From assembly GCA_964252075.1 (NCBI GenBank), contig CAXULY010000003.1, positions 32,001 to 96,000 of the forward strand: 64,000 nt of DNA, read 5' to 3'. The notes beneath the pieces were generated by a model that worked only from the letters and a program-made list of their open reading frames with translations, ran no database searches and was not told the origin of the DNA. Positions 1 through 10,700 of this stretch are shown here, in pieces. Source of the stretch: an uncultured Deinococcaceae bacterium. Lineage in GTDB: Bacteria > Deinococcota > Deinococci > Deinococcales > Deinococcaceae. Positions within the stretch are counted from its first letter, which is position 1; each line of letters opens with the position of its first letter. The translations under genes were made by a program, and so were the position numbers.

Positions 1-78
1 CGCGAGCGCGGACACCACCCGCTCCGCGAGCGCCGCGAAGGCCTCCAGGTCCGCCGCGCTCAACTCCGCCGGATTCAC
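1..78 (-). CDS. Partial phage hypothetical protein (5' end only)
   Basis: GTG at 78 overlaps the upstream stop (GTGA) after GGAGGT; reads VNPAELSAADLEAF and runs off the window. Confidence 0.55.
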   Translation of the reverse strand, partial: MNPAELSAADLEAFAALAERVVSALA

Positions 79-617
79 GCCGCACCTCCAGCCGGGGCCA
101 CAGGGCCTTCAGGGGTGGTCGTGGCGACGGGCGAGGCGCTCGGCTCAGGGTCGGGCAGGATGGTCGGCGCCGGATCCGGCTGCGTCCGGAAGGCCAGCGC
201 CGCCATGACCCCCGCCGTGATCCAGCCGAGCGCGGTCTTCAGGCCGTCACGTCCGAACACCGCCACCAGGGCGGAGAACACCGCGAAGAACGCCACCGCA
301 AGCAGGCCACGCGCGTGGAACAGGGGCAGCTCGGCGCCCGCACCACTCAGGTTCAGGGAAACGGACGCGAGGACCGCGACGCCGGCCGCCAGGCCGCGCC
401 ACACCCACGGGCCCACCTTCGTGGCGCCCGGGCGCTGCTCGCTGGCGCGCTTGATGCTGGCGATCGCCCCGAAGACGAACGCGCCGAGGGCGAATGGGCT
501 CTGCCCCAGCAGGCGCAACGCCCAGAACGCCGACAGGATGTCGTCGCCTTGGTCGCTCACCGTCTGGGCGAGGGCGGGGCTGAGCAGGAACAGCACGAGG
601 GGAAGCAATCGACGCAT
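75..617 (-). CDS. Lysis-module multi-TM membrane protein with signal-peptide-like N-terminus (holin or accessory lysis candidate)
   Basis: GGAGG RBS; MRRLLPLVLFLLSPALA; several hydrophobic segments; follows the endolysin. Confidence 0.7.
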   Translation of the reverse strand: MRRLLPLVLFLLSPALAQTVSDQGDDILSAFWALRLLGQSPFALGAFVFGAIASIKRASEQRPGATKVGPWVWRGLAAGVAVLASVSLNLSGAGAELPLFHARGLLAVAFFAVFSALVAVFGRDGLKTALGWITAGVMAALAFRTQPDPAPTILPDPEPSASPVATTTPEGPVAPAGGAA

Positions 618-682
618 GGGAAACCTCCAGGAGAAGGCCCGCACCAGGACGGTGCGGGCAGACGGCGTGACGGGCGGCGGGT

Positions 683-1279
683 TTACTTGGCGGCGGCGTC
701 CTGCCACGTCATGACAGGGACGCCGCGAAGGGGGCCAGAGCCATCGATGTGCATGGGGTCCTGGAACTTCCCAGTCCAGCGCGCGCCGCAGCACAGGCCG
801 CACGCCTCGAAGATTTGCAGAATCCGCGGGTCAATGCTGCCCGCACCGGAACCCTGGCCGTTCGTCGAGGCGTCGAGGTCGAAGGCGATGCCCCAGCTGT
901 GGGTGCTCCACTCCCCCACCGTGCGTTTCTGCCGCACCACCCACGCGCCGGACCACTTGTGCAGCAGCGGCGCGAGGCCCGCCAGCTGGATGTGCCGGAA
1001 GGCGATCTGCACGATCGGCGCGACCTTGCGGTGCAGGTCCACCACGTTGCGGCCGTGCGGGCCCTGCCGCATGCCGGGCAGGCCCACCGCCAGCTCGACG
1101 GAGACCATGTTCGCCTTCACCCACGCGGCGTCCGCCCCGAAGAGGGTCGGGCGGCCCTTGCGGGGGCGGAAGTCGCCGTAAGCGGCGAAGAGGCTGGCCT
1201 GCGTGTCGCCCGTGGGGCGGCCCTTCACGAAAGCGCGAACGGCGGCCTTCTCGGCCGCCGTGAAGTTCAGCTGCATCAT
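683..1279 (-). CDS. Endolysin, M15-family zinc peptidase
   Basis: Motifs WSTHSWGIAFDLD (SxHxxGxAxD) and FQDPMH; position in lysis module. Confidence 0.85.
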   Translation of the reverse strand: MMQLNFTAAEKAAVRAFVKGRPTGDTQASLFAAYGDFRPRKGRPTLFGADAAWVKANMVSVELAVGLPGMRQGPHGRNVVDLHRKVAPIVQIAFRHIQLAGLAPLLHKWSGAWVVRQKRTVGEWSTHSWGIAFDLDASTNGQGSGAGSIDPRILQIFEACGLCCGARWTGKFQDPMHIDGSGPLRGVPVMTWQDAAAK

Positions 1280-1638
1280 GATTGTTCCTCCGGATCTGGT
1301 GGCCACTCGGTCAGGGGCTCACCGTGTTTGAGTTCCAGGGCGTAGAGCTTCGCCCTGGCCTTGTCACGCTGGTACCGCATGTCGTACTTCTGATCGCGGT
1401 AGTGCTCGACCTCTTTTCGCACTTCCTCCAGCTGCGCCTTCAGGCCCGCCAGTTCCAGCTGCACGTCCGAGAGCTGCTTCTGCAGCACGGTCGCTTCGGT
1501 CTGCACCAGCTGGCGCGACGGGTCCCGCCACGCCTTGACCAGCGCGGCCAGGCCGTACAGGATGCCCAGCACCAGGCCGCCCGAGCCGGTCAGCGCGCCC
1601 GCGGCCTTCAGGATGGACGTGATGTCAAGGTCAGCCAC
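1276..1638 (-). CDS. Single-TM plus coiled-coil lysis-module protein
   Basis: AGGAGGTG RBS; TM GLVLGILYGLAALV followed by a heptad-rich region; start GTG 1638 or ATG 1644. Confidence 0.65.
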   Translation of the reverse strand: MADLDITSILKAAGALTGSGGLVLGILYGLAALVKAWRDPSRQLVQTEATVLQKQLSDVQLELAGLKAQLEEVRKEVEHYRDQKYDMRYQRDKARAKLYALELKHGEPLTEWPPDPEEQS

Positions 1639-2059
1639 CCGCATCACCTCCTGGAGGCCACCAGCGCGGCGGTGAGGCGGCGAGGCGCTGGAACCAGCGG
1701 CGCTCGCGCAGCCAGTGACTGAACGTCCGCGCGAACAGCAGCAGCGACACCCAGCCGAGCACCGCATAGGTGCTGGTGCCCGTGTTTGGACCGTACCCGA
1801 GCGACACCAGCAGGCTGATCGCAAACAACGCCATTGCGGACATGAGGTTCCAGAACATCAACAGCAGCGACCCGAGCGGACTGAAGGCGAGGCCGATGGA
1901 GACGGCCAGCAGGCCCACGCCCCACGCCTCGGTGTTGCCGAACGCGATGTAGGCGCGGGAGAACTCCTGTATGTTCGGCCTCCAGAACAGCACCACGGCA
2001 AAGCCGAAGTGCACGGCGGCGATGACGAACTCGGTGGACCGGCGAGGGTTGCGCGTCAT
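1631..2059 (-). CDS. Multi-TM membrane protein, putative holin
   Basis: About four hydrophobic helices; ATGA coupling; upstream of the endolysin. Confidence 0.65.
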   Translation of the reverse strand: MTRNPRRSTEFVIAAVHFGFAVVLFWRPNIQEFSRAYIAFGNTEAWGVGLLAVSIGLAFSPLGSLLLMFWNLMSAMALFAISLLVSLGYGPNTGTSTYAVLGWVSLLLFARTFSHWLRERRWFQRLAASPPRWWPPGGDAGG

Positions 2060-2439
2060 CGGACGGGCGCCTCCAGCCAGATCTCGCGGCCGCCCTCGCC
2101 CCGCCCCGCGAAGTACTCGATGTGGTGGGTGAAGACCCAGATTCGGAGCGTCTCGCCCGGCCGGACCGTCCACGCGCCCACCTTCGGTTCGATGACGTGA
2201 CGCCCGAGCGAGCCACGCTTGCGCACGCGCGCCTGGCCATCTGGCGGGCAGGTGGGGTCGAGCTGCACGTTGGCCTGGTACAGCTGGACGTCGGCCGGGT
2301 AGGACGGCCCCACCACGTAATCCCGCGTGACGGTGACCGGGCAGTACTGCACGGCCGGTGGTGGCGTGGTGCGCGCTGCAGGGGGCAGCGCGGGAACGGC
2401 CCCCGCCGCGAGGGCGAGGGCCAGCAGGAGTGTGTTCAT
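2056..2439 (-). CDS. Secreted phage protein of unknown function
   Basis: Signal peptide MNTLLLALALAAGA; AGGAGG RBS; one Cys pair. Confidence 0.7.
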   Translation of the reverse strand: MNTLLLALALAAGAVPALPPAARTTPPPAVQYCPVTVTRDYVVGPSYPADVQLYQANVQLDPTCPPDGQARVRKRGSLGRHVIEPKVGAWTVRPGETLRIWVFTHHIEYFAGRGEGGREIWLEAPVR

Positions 2440-2466
2440 GGTGGCCCTCCTGGGCGGGGTGGTGGG

Positions 2467-4755
2467 TCAGGCGGCGCTGCCGAACGCGCGAATCTCACCG
2501 AGGAACGCGAACTCCCCGTGGCGCGTGGCGGTCACGCGCAGGTAGCGGCACGTGGCGCCCACCGCGCCCGCCACGGCGGCCGTAATGACGGTGGCCCCGC
2601 TGGGCGTCGGGAGGTTCGCGTTGCTGCCCCAGGCGGTCCACGTGCTGCCGTCCGCGCTGATCTCCACCAGCAGGTCCGGGCTCACGATGCCGTCCGTGCC
2701 GTCTTGCAGCACCACCACCTCCACGCTGACGAGTTTGATGGTGGCCCCGAAGTCGGCGGTGATGGAGGGGTTCGCGTTCTGCCAGCCGACCCAGCCGGGG
2801 TCGCCAAACGACGTGCTGGGGATGGCACCGTTGGTCAACTCGCCGCCGCTGTCCGGGTAGCTGCTCGCCGGGGCAGGACTGAGGGTGTACGCGCGGCCCG
2901 CCAGGAGGTTCAGCGCACCGCCCGAGCCGCCTCCCGCTCCAGTGCTGGCCGGTGCGGCCAAAGGCGCGAGGGGCGGGATAGTGCGCGCTGCACCAGGTGC
3001 GACGCCCACCGGCGTGCGGTACGGGTGCTCCCAGCCGGTGGGGCGCTCGTTCGCGGTGAGGACGATCAGGGTGCCTTCCGACTCGAAGCCCCCGATGCCA
3101 GCCAGGGGCACGTTGGCGCTGCTGAGGCGCAGGTAGGTGGTCATGCCGTCGCTGCGCGCGATGGCGGTGTCCATCGCGTGCGGCGGGGTGGGCGGCGACC
3201 CGGCGAAGGCGGTGCTGTCCCAGGTGTCGTTCCCGAGGTACGTGAGGGTGTCGTGCGTGTACACGCGCACACCGTTCGTGGACGCGAACACCCAGTACTT
3301 GATGCCATTCACGCTCTTGCACTTGCACGCCTCGACCACGAACCCCGTGCTGGTGTCTTGATTCACCAAGGTCCAGCCGCCGAGCAGGTCCGCCGAGTTG
3401 GACCTGAACAGGGCCGCCTGCACGTTTCCTGGCGTCACCACGACGCCAGTGCCGAGCCACCAGTGCGTCCCGTCGAAGTCCAGGTCCAGCCACCCGTCGT
3501 AGGTGAGCGCGCCGTTCGGCAGCGGAATGGCCGTCATGCTGAGGACGTGCACGCCGTGCAGGACGTCGGCACGTGTGCGACCCACGATGTTGCGCAGCGC
3601 CACCTTCTGCGCCGGGCCGCCGTAGGTGGTCACCAGCGTAACCATCTCGCCGGTGTCGCGCATCACGACGATCTGCGTGCCTTGGTAGCCCGCCACGCCG
3701 CCCCCAAAGCGGTAGAAGTGTTTACCCACCTCCTCCAGCTGGAACGTGCTGAGGTCCAGCAGGTATATGCCGGTGTGTCCGGCGTCCGCGGCGTCGGTGG
3801 GCGTGGCGGGGAGGCCCGCGTTGACCAGCGTCACGTAGAGCCTGCCGTCCGGCGCCCGGTACGGCACACCGTCATCCCACGTCACGATGATCGGCACGCG
3901 GTAGCCGACCGGGCCGGGCGTGCCCGCGCGCCACCCGCCCAGCGTGAGGGCGGACCCAGCCGGTTGAAAGCCGCCGAGCCCGAAGCGGAATTGCGTGATG
4001 ACCGCCTCATCGAACGGGTTCCACAGGCCACCGGTGCCTGTCACGGCGAGCGGCGCCCAGCCGTCCCCCGTGTGCGCCCACACGCTGACCGACGCACCGT
4101 CCAGGCGCAGCGCGAAGCGCATCGCGCCCGTCACGGTGAGGGCACCATTCAGGACGGTCTGCGACCGCGCGGGGCCGCCGCTGTGCGCGGCGTCCAGCTT
4201 CAGCACGACCGAGTAAGAGCCTGCCGCCTTGTCCACGGACAGCTCCAGGTAGTTGTTGGCGTCAGCATACAGGCCCGCTCGCGCGATGTTGTTCTCCGTC
4301 GCCCCACTCCAGGTGCTCACCTGCACGATGACCGCCGCGTAGGGCGCGCGAAGCGTGCGGGTGCCCATCAGCCGGAACTGCGTGCCGTTGCCCGCGCCCG
4401 TCAGGACCAGCTTTCCGCCGCCCAGCGTGATGGTGCCGTTGTTGTAGTCCCCCACCGCGTCGCTGGTGGGCGTCGCGGTGAGGCGCGTGTAGAGGCCCGT
4501 GTCCGCGAGGAAGTCCTCGCCTTCCTCCACGAAGCGATCGTCCAGGAGCACCAAGTCACGGCGCTTGGCTTTGAGCGCCCAGGTGAGCGCCAGGGGGTCG
4601 GTGGGTCCGGCGGTGCGCGCGAGGGTGCTCTCCACGTACCGCGCGGAGGGGCCGCCAGGGGTGCTGGGGTTGCCGGGGTTCTGCTCGATGTCCGTGACGC
4701 GCTGATCGAGCGCCAGGAGGGCCTGTTGGGTTGCCAATTCGCTGCTCTGTCCCAT
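2467..4755 (-). CDS. Tail fibre / receptor-binding protein with C-terminal discoidin (F5/8C-like) module
   Basis: 762 aa, beta-rich, last tail gene; C-terminal ISADGSTWT...RYLRVT...LGEIRAFG pattern. Confidence 0.7.
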   Translation of the reverse strand: MGQSSELATQQALLALDQRVTDIEQNPGNPSTPGGPSARYVESTLARTAGPTDPLALTWALKAKRRDLVLLDDRFVEEGEDFLADTGLYTRLTATPTSDAVGDYNNGTITLGGGKLVLTGAGNGTQFRLMGTRTLRAPYAAVIVQVSTWSGATENNIARAGLYADANNYLELSVDKAAGSYSVVLKLDAAHSGGPARSQTVLNGALTVTGAMRFALRLDGASVSVWAHTGDGWAPLAVTGTGGLWNPFDEAVITQFRFGLGGFQPAGSALTLGGWRAGTPGPVGYRVPIIVTWDDGVPYRAPDGRLYVTLVNAGLPATPTDAADAGHTGIYLLDLSTFQLEEVGKHFYRFGGGVAGYQGTQIVVMRDTGEMVTLVTTYGGPAQKVALRNIVGRTRADVLHGVHVLSMTAIPLPNGALTYDGWLDLDFDGTHWWLGTGVVVTPGNVQAALFRSNSADLLGGWTLVNQDTSTGFVVEACKCKSVNGIKYWVFASTNGVRVYTHDTLTYLGNDTWDSTAFAGSPPTPPHAMDTAIARSDGMTTYLRLSSANVPLAGIGGFESEGTLIVLTANERPTGWEHPYRTPVGVAPGAARTIPPLAPLAAPASTGAGGGSGGALNLLAGRAYTLSPAPASSYPDSGGELTNGAIPSTSFGDPGWVGWQNANPSITADFGATIKLVSVEVVVLQDGTDGIVSPDLLVEISADGSTWTAWGSNANLPTPSGATVITAAVAGAVGATCRYLRVTATRHGEFAFLGEIRAFGSAA

Positions 4756-4758
4756 GTG

Positions 4759-5736
4759 TCACCTCGTGAGGATGGCCCCGCCGTTCGGGCCGCTGGTTTG
4801 CGTGAGGCCGTCGCCACTCAGGACCACACCGCCGCTGTTGCCGGGCGCCTCACTGAGCCCGCCGCCGCTGAGGACCACCCCACCGTGCTGGCCGGGCGCC
4901 TCGCCGAGCGTCCAACCGGAGCCCCCGCCGCCCGGCGGGTAGACGATCACCACCTCGGGGCTGGTGGGTTGCCGGTAACTGACCTGCAGCCCACTCGCGC
5001 CCGTGACCGTGATGCTGGTGCCGCCCGGCGCGATGCGCGGGAACAGCCCCGTGGCGAAGCCCAGCGCGCCGCCGTCCAGCACGCGCCCGTCACTGATGCT
5101 GCTGTCGATCACCAGCTGGTGCCCCGGCGTGGTCGTGAGGGTCAGGGTTCGCACCCCGTCACTGACGGTCACCGTGCCGCCCGTGGCGGTCAGCGTGATG
5201 CGCGGAAACGCCGGTTCCGTGCTGACGTTCGGGCAGACGGCCGGGCTGCCGTTCACGGTGGTCCACGCGCTGCTGAGCATCGACGGGTACAGCCCCTGAA
5301 ATTCCAGGCTGAAGCGCCGCAGGTGCCCCAGGCGGTGGTGCTTCACCGTGAACTGCTTGACCCAGCCGTCCATGATCTCGTTCGTGGTGCCGTCCAGCAG
5401 CGACACGGACGCGCGGCACGCCGCGGCGAACGCGCGGGACCACCGCAGCGCGTCCTGGTCCGTCGGGAATACCAGCAGGCCCGACGAGCTCGCACCGTCC
5501 GTGCTGTACGTGAGGCTGAGCGGCTTGCTGTTCTGCCAGCCGGTGCGCAGTCCCGCCCACGCGCCGGGAGCCTGCATGAGGGCGTCGTTGCTCTCGCTCA
5601 CCTCGTCATTCGGGGCGGTCATGTCGGGCAGCGGGAAGGCCACGCCCGACGCGGTGATGAGCTGGATGTCGCCGAGGGGCAGCCCGAACATGGTGGGACG
5701 GGTCAGCTCCTGCGGGAGGGTCATGGGTAAGGTCAT
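4759..5736 (-). CDS. Distal tail (Dit-like) protein
   Basis: Tail-tip position; FPRIAPGGTSITVTG-like C-terminal segment; ATGA-coupled start. Confidence 0.65.
   Translation of the reverse strand: MTLPMTLPQELTRPTMFGLPLGDIQLITASGVAFPLPDMTAPNDEVSESNDALMQAPGAWAGLRTGWQNSKPLSLTYSTDGASSSGLLVFPTDQDALRWSRAFAAACRASVSLLDGTTNEIMDGWVKQFTVKHHRLGHLRRFSLEFQGLYPSMLSSAWTTVNGSPAVCPNVSTEPAFPRITLTATGGTVTVSDGVRTLTLTTTPGHQLVIDSSISDGRVLDGGALGFATGLFPRIAPGGTSITVTGASGLQVSYRQPTSPEVVIVYPPGGGGSGWTLGEAPGQHGGVVLSGGGLSEAPGNSGGVVLSGDGLTQTSGPNGGAILTR
4768..4910 (-). repeat. About three degenerate 51-bp (17-aa) repeats LxEAPGxxGGVVLSG at the Dit C-terminus
   Basis: aggaccac recurs at 4820 and 4871; repeat visible in the protein. 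Confidence 0.8.
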
Positions 5737-7736
5737 GGGGTGCCTCCGAGGCGCTGCACGGCCTTCGCGACGCGCTCGATCTCCACGCGCGCGCGCTGCC
5801 CGGGCGTGTAACGGGTGGAGCTGCCGCCCGTGATGACGGTTTTGAAGCCGTCCTCGTCGAGCGTGTACGCGGCCTTCGCGTCCAGCAGCACGCGGTGCTC
5901 GCCGTTCGGCAGGTTGTAGATGCCCGCGCCGCCGCATGGCTCGTACCAGTCGTGCAGCGTGCTGGTGGCGTTCAGGGTGGGGCCGTACTTCGTGAGCAGC
6001 AGGTTCTCCGCCGCCGTGATGACCGCACCGAACAGCACGCCCACCGCGCTGGTGAGGCCCACGGGCTGCTGGCGCGTCTCGTCGTCCCCGCCGATCAGGT
6101 GCAGGATGCCCACGCGCAGCCGCACGGCGGGCACCACCACGGCGTTCTGAACGTTGCCCGTGTGGGCCGTCCAGGTGCTGATCGGCACGCCGCTGCTGCT
6201 GTCCGTGCTGTCCGCCGGGATGTTCGGGCCGTACAGGGTCTGACTGCTGCCGTTTGCGCTCAGGAGCGTCACGCGGACCTGGGCGCTCGCGTTGAAGCGG
6301 TTGGTGCCGCCCGGCCAGTTGTAGGCGAGTTCCAGGTGGTCGCCACTGCCGAAGGCCACGGGCGTGGCGATCAGGAGGTCTTCCTTGCCGGCCGGTGAGA
6401 CTTCCAGGCCGGTCGTGACGGTGCTGGGGCGCAGCGGCGCGAAGCTGTTGCTGCCCTCGGGGCCGTTCATGTTGACGTTGCGCAGCCCGTTCAGGTGCAG
6501 CTTCAGGGTGCTGCCCGTCACCACCGAGGCGGGCAGGGGAATGCTGGCAGTGGTGAATCCAGCGGTCGTGATGCTGCCCTGCGCGAGGGGCGCGCTGGCC
6601 TGCAGCTGCGCGCGGGTGTACCACGTCACGCCGCCTGGTCGCACCTGGATGGTGCCTGCCGGGCTGGCCTCGCCCGTGCCCGGCACGGCTTCGAGGCGCA
6701 AGGTGGCGCCCGTGGGCGTGCCCGTGACGGGGAGGCTGGAGAGGTCGAAGGTCAGCTCGCTCTGGTAGTAGAAGTGCGTGCCGGACTCCGTGTGGTAGCC
6801 GACGTGCGCCACGATGGTCTGCGCGCTGATGGCCAGCCCGTCCGCCGCGGTGGCTTCGTTCTGGCTGGCGCTGACGGCGCGCGTGAGGGTGGCGGGAATG
6901 AGGGCCGTGGCGCCGCTCGCGTAGGTCACTTCCAGATGAGCGCCGGTCGCTCGGGCGAGGGTGAGCACCGACCGCCCCACGCTGGCGCTCATGTCCTCCA
7001 CTTCACTGATCGGGCCGTCCCGGCTCACGCTCGCCTGGTCCATCACGACGATGGTGGGGTTGTAGTCCACCCCCGTGGTGCAGATGATGCGGTTCGCGAG
7101 CTGCGCCTCGCGGCCCTCCCAGCGCACGTCCGTGAGGGTGCGCTGCGGGGTGTTCGGGCGGCGCCCAATCACGAACGTGCCGTCCAGCCGGAAGCCGTAC
7201 ATGAGGTCCCCGCCCACGGTCTTGTTCAGGTCGTCGCAGAAGCTGTCCAGCCGCACGTTCTGCCGCTGCTCCAGCGCCCAGTGCTCAATGCTGCCCAGCG
7301 AATCGTCCGCGAGTTCCGGCGCGGGCGTCACCTGAAACGCACTCACCAGCAGATCCTTCACCCTCGGCCACAGGAGACCGCTGTAGTCACTCAGGCTGAG
7401 GTTCAGCGCGATGGTGCGGGACAGGACGAGTTGCCCGTCCCCGCTGTACGTCCAAGTGCCGTTGTCCTCCGGCTGGAGGGGCGGCAACTTGCTGACCCGC
7501 CCCCGGTAAACCACCGCGCCGTCCAGCGAGATCCTCACCGTGTCCAGCAAGGCCGCCGTGATGGGCTGCGCGGTCGTGAGGGTCAGGCCGCCCGGCAGCA
7601 GGCCGCCTGGGGCCGCCTGCGCCTCCCAGCTGGCGGACTTCAGGCGGCTGCCCATGGCGTCCATGCCCAGGCGGTCCCGGACGGTGCTGGAGCGGCCCTC
7701 CAGCACCTCGACCACCCAGGAAGTCACGGTGGGCAT
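5733..7736 (-). CDS. Tail tip / baseplate hub (Tal-like) protein
   Basis: Directly downstream of TMP; start overlaps the TMP stop; contains VVYRGRVSKL. Confidence 0.65.
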   Translation of the reverse strand: MPTVTSWVVEVLEGRSSTVRDRLGMDAMGSRLKSASWEAQAAPGGLLPGGLTLTTAQPITAALLDTVRISLDGAVVYRGRVSKLPPLQPEDNGTWTYSGDGQLVLSRTIALNLSLSDYSGLLWPRVKDLLVSAFQVTPAPELADDSLGSIEHWALEQRQNVRLDSFCDDLNKTVGGDLMYGFRLDGTFVIGRRPNTPQRTLTDVRWEGREAQLANRIICTTGVDYNPTIVVMDQASVSRDGPISEVEDMSASVGRSVLTLARATGAHLEVTYASGATALIPATLTRAVSASQNEATAADGLAISAQTIVAHVGYHTESGTHFYYQSELTFDLSSLPVTGTPTGATLRLEAVPGTGEASPAGTIQVRPGGVTWYTRAQLQASAPLAQGSITTAGFTTASIPLPASVVTGSTLKLHLNGLRNVNMNGPEGSNSFAPLRPSTVTTGLEVSPAGKEDLLIATPVAFGSGDHLELAYNWPGGTNRFNASAQVRVTLLSANGSSQTLYGPNIPADSTDSSSGVPISTWTAHTGNVQNAVVVPAVRLRVGILHLIGGDDETRQQPVGLTSAVGVLFGAVITAAENLLLTKYGPTLNATSTLHDWYEPCGGAGIYNLPNGEHRVLLDAKAAYTLDEDGFKTVITGGSSTRYTPGQRARVEIERVAKAVQRLGGTP

Positions 7737-10700
7737 CAGAGGCCACCCAGCCACGCGTCTGTGCCCGCGTAGCGCGTGCCGGGCGTGACGTTCGAGATGT
7801 ACGTCGTGCTGCTCAAGGGTTTGTCGCGTTGCACCTCGGTGTTCTCCTTGATGGCGTCCGTGTTCTTTTGCACCACGTCGGCCTTGAAGCCGAACTGCGC
7901 GAAGATCGGGGCGAACGCATCGAACAGCGGTTTCGTCTGGTCCTTCACGGTGATCACCCCGTTTTTGAGCGCCAGCAGGTCCGCGAGGCCCTGCCCGCTC
8001 GTGAGGTCCACGCCGTTCTGCAGGTCCGTCGCGATGGCCTGCGTGAGGGGCCCCAGCGCCTTGCGCACGATGTCGGACTCCATCGCCATGAGGAGGCCCG
8101 ACAGGGTGCTCTTCAGCACCTCCTGCTGGAGGTTCGCACCGAACTTCGAGAAGTCCTGGCTCTCCAGCGCGCTCTCCAGCCCGTTGAAGGCGCTGTTGCT
8201 GAAGGTGTTGAGGAGGTCGTCGCTGGTCTGGTGCAGGATCTTGTCGCGCTGCTCGGCGTACTGCTGGTCGATCGCGAGGCGCTGCTCGGCGGTCAGGTTC
8301 GCCTGCGCGATGGCCGCCTGGTACCCCGCGTCGAGGGCGGTGAGTTCCGCCTGCTGGCGCTGCTGCAGATACTGCGCGTAACTGATCTGACCGCCCTTCA
8401 GCTCATCGTCCAGATCCTTCAGGCGCGCATCGCGGATGGCCTGTGCGCTCTGAATCTGGGCCGCCACAATTTGTGCGTCGTAGTCGGCATTGATGGTCGC
8501 ACGCTGCGCCTCGGTCAAGCTGGTGTCGGCCAGGGCCGCCTCGCGCTGGCGGTTCAGCCCCTCGATGGTCAAGCGCAGCACATCGTCCTGGTAGGCCTCC
8601 TCAGTGATGAGCCCGGCGGCGCGCACGTTATCCCAGGTTTTCTGCCACACGTCCGCAGCCTTCTGGGCGTCGTCTCGGGCCTGCTGCGCGATGACCGCAG
8701 GGTCGTACTTGCCTGTCCCCGTGAGCCGATCGATCTCATCCATGTCAGAGGCGGTCTTCTGAGCATCGGCGGTGTTGGCATTCGAGACGTTGATGAGGTT
8801 GGTCCGCGACTGGTCCAGCCGAGTCTGCGCTGCAGCCTTCTCTTCAGGGGTTTTCGCGTCTGCCAGCGCCTTCTTGGCGTCCAGATACCCTTGGATGGCG
8901 TCCTTGTAGACCTTCCCGTGGGCCGGGTCATCCAGAAAGGCGTCCACCATGCCCTGCTTGACGGCCTTCGCGAGGGACGAACGGATGGCCTTGCTGAAGT
9001 CCTCGATGCTCCCGCCATTGGCGAGCGCCTCGAAGCCTGAGTTGACCCCATCCACGATGGCCCCTTCGAGGCTCTGCGCGGTCTTCTGGGCCGCCTCGTC
9101 AATGTGCTCGTCGTAGTGGGTCTGCGACCACCACAGGATGCCGGTCTGGTAGGTGGTGACGGTGCGCGTCCCGTACCCATCGTCCTTCCCGAAGCGGAAC
9201 TGGTTGTTGTAATCCTGGGTCTTCTTCATCTCCTCGCGCGCGCGCTGCGCTTCCTGCGCCCAGTGCGTGAAGATCGAGGTGATCACGTCAATGGCCGCCT
9301 GGATCCAGTTGCCCGTCGCGATGTCCTTCGCGAAGGTGATGAGGTCGGACGTCATGTCGCCGAGGCTCTCGCCCCACCCGGCCGCGACGTCCGCCGCGTG
9401 CTGGTCCATGCCCGCCGTCGCCTGCCCCACAAGGCTCCCGACGTTGATGATCGCCTGCGCGAACTGCCCGACCTGCTCAATGCCGTTCAGGACGATCTGG
9501 CGGCGGTCCTCTTCGCCTTTCTCCGTGATGGCGGTGAGTTTGGCCTGGTGGTCCGCTTCCGCGGCGCGCACCTTCGCGTCGTACTCGGCGCGATCCCCGC
9601 CCTCCTCCTCCAAATGCCGCTTGAGGTCTTCAAGCTGCCGCTGGTAGGCCGCGTTCGCTTCGCGGCGGTCGAGGTCCTCACCGCGCGCCTGGTACCCGCC
9701 AGCGTGCAGCCACGCCAGGGGGTCCATGTTCTGCTGGTGCTGCAGGGTGGAGCGCTCAGCGCTGAGGCGCGCGTCCTCCACGGCGCGCTGCGCCTCGCGC
9801 ATGGCGTCCGTGATCTTCGCGACGTCCGGCACGCTCGCCCGGGCGGCCGCCGCGAGGGCCCGCACGCTCGCCGCGGCGTCCGTCTTCCCCATGCGCTCCA
9901 GGTTGTCCGCCAGGGTGTCCAGCTGGAGGGCGCTGGCCTGCCCGGCCCGCCCGAAGTCCAGGGCGCTCATGGTGCCGCCCTGGTACGCGTCCTGGGCCTT
10001 CTGCAGGTCGCCGGTGATCTGGGTGAGGGTGTCCTCCAGCGCATTGGTGGGTGAGGCGTCGAGGTTCGCGCGCAGCGAGTCGAGGATCAGGTTCAGGTCC
10101 GAGACCTGCTGCGCGCTCAGCTCGCCGTCCTGCCCCATCTGCTGGACGCGCTCGCGGTACTCGTCCGCGGCGGCGGCGCTCAGCTTGAGCTGGTCGCCGT
10201 TCGCTTCGAGTTCCGCCGTCATGCCCTGGAAGTTCTTCACCTGCTGGGCCACCTGCCCGCTGTTGAAGGTCTTCTCCAGCGTGCTGTCCGGCAGGTCGCG
10301 GTACAGTTTGAGGGCGTCGGCGTACACCCGCTGCAGCTCGTCCGCGAAGTCCTTGTTGCGGCTGGCGAGGTCCGCAAGGGCCTTGCGGGGGTCCCCCATG
10401 AAGCGCGGGTCGTTCGGGTCGCTCCCGGCGCCCGCGAGGGCCGCCGTGAGGCCGTCCGCGCCCGTGCCGTAGGAGCGGCGAACGGCCATGTCCGCCGCGT
10501 TCTGCCCGTTGCCGTACCGGGCGGCGCTGCTCGCCGCGAAGTCGTCGAGGTCCTGCTGCGCCTGCGCGACGGCGCCCTCGGTGGTGTCGAGGATCTGCTG
10601 GATGGGCTCGGCGTACACGCGGCGGATGATGGCCACCGCGTCCCCGTTGAACTGCTCCAGCGCACTCAGGGCGTCCTGCGGGTCCGTCAGCACGTCCCCG

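Noticed and set aside
1..700. Second att copy (duplicated tRNA 3' end)
   Set aside because: Not seen in the window; phage genes run off the left edge
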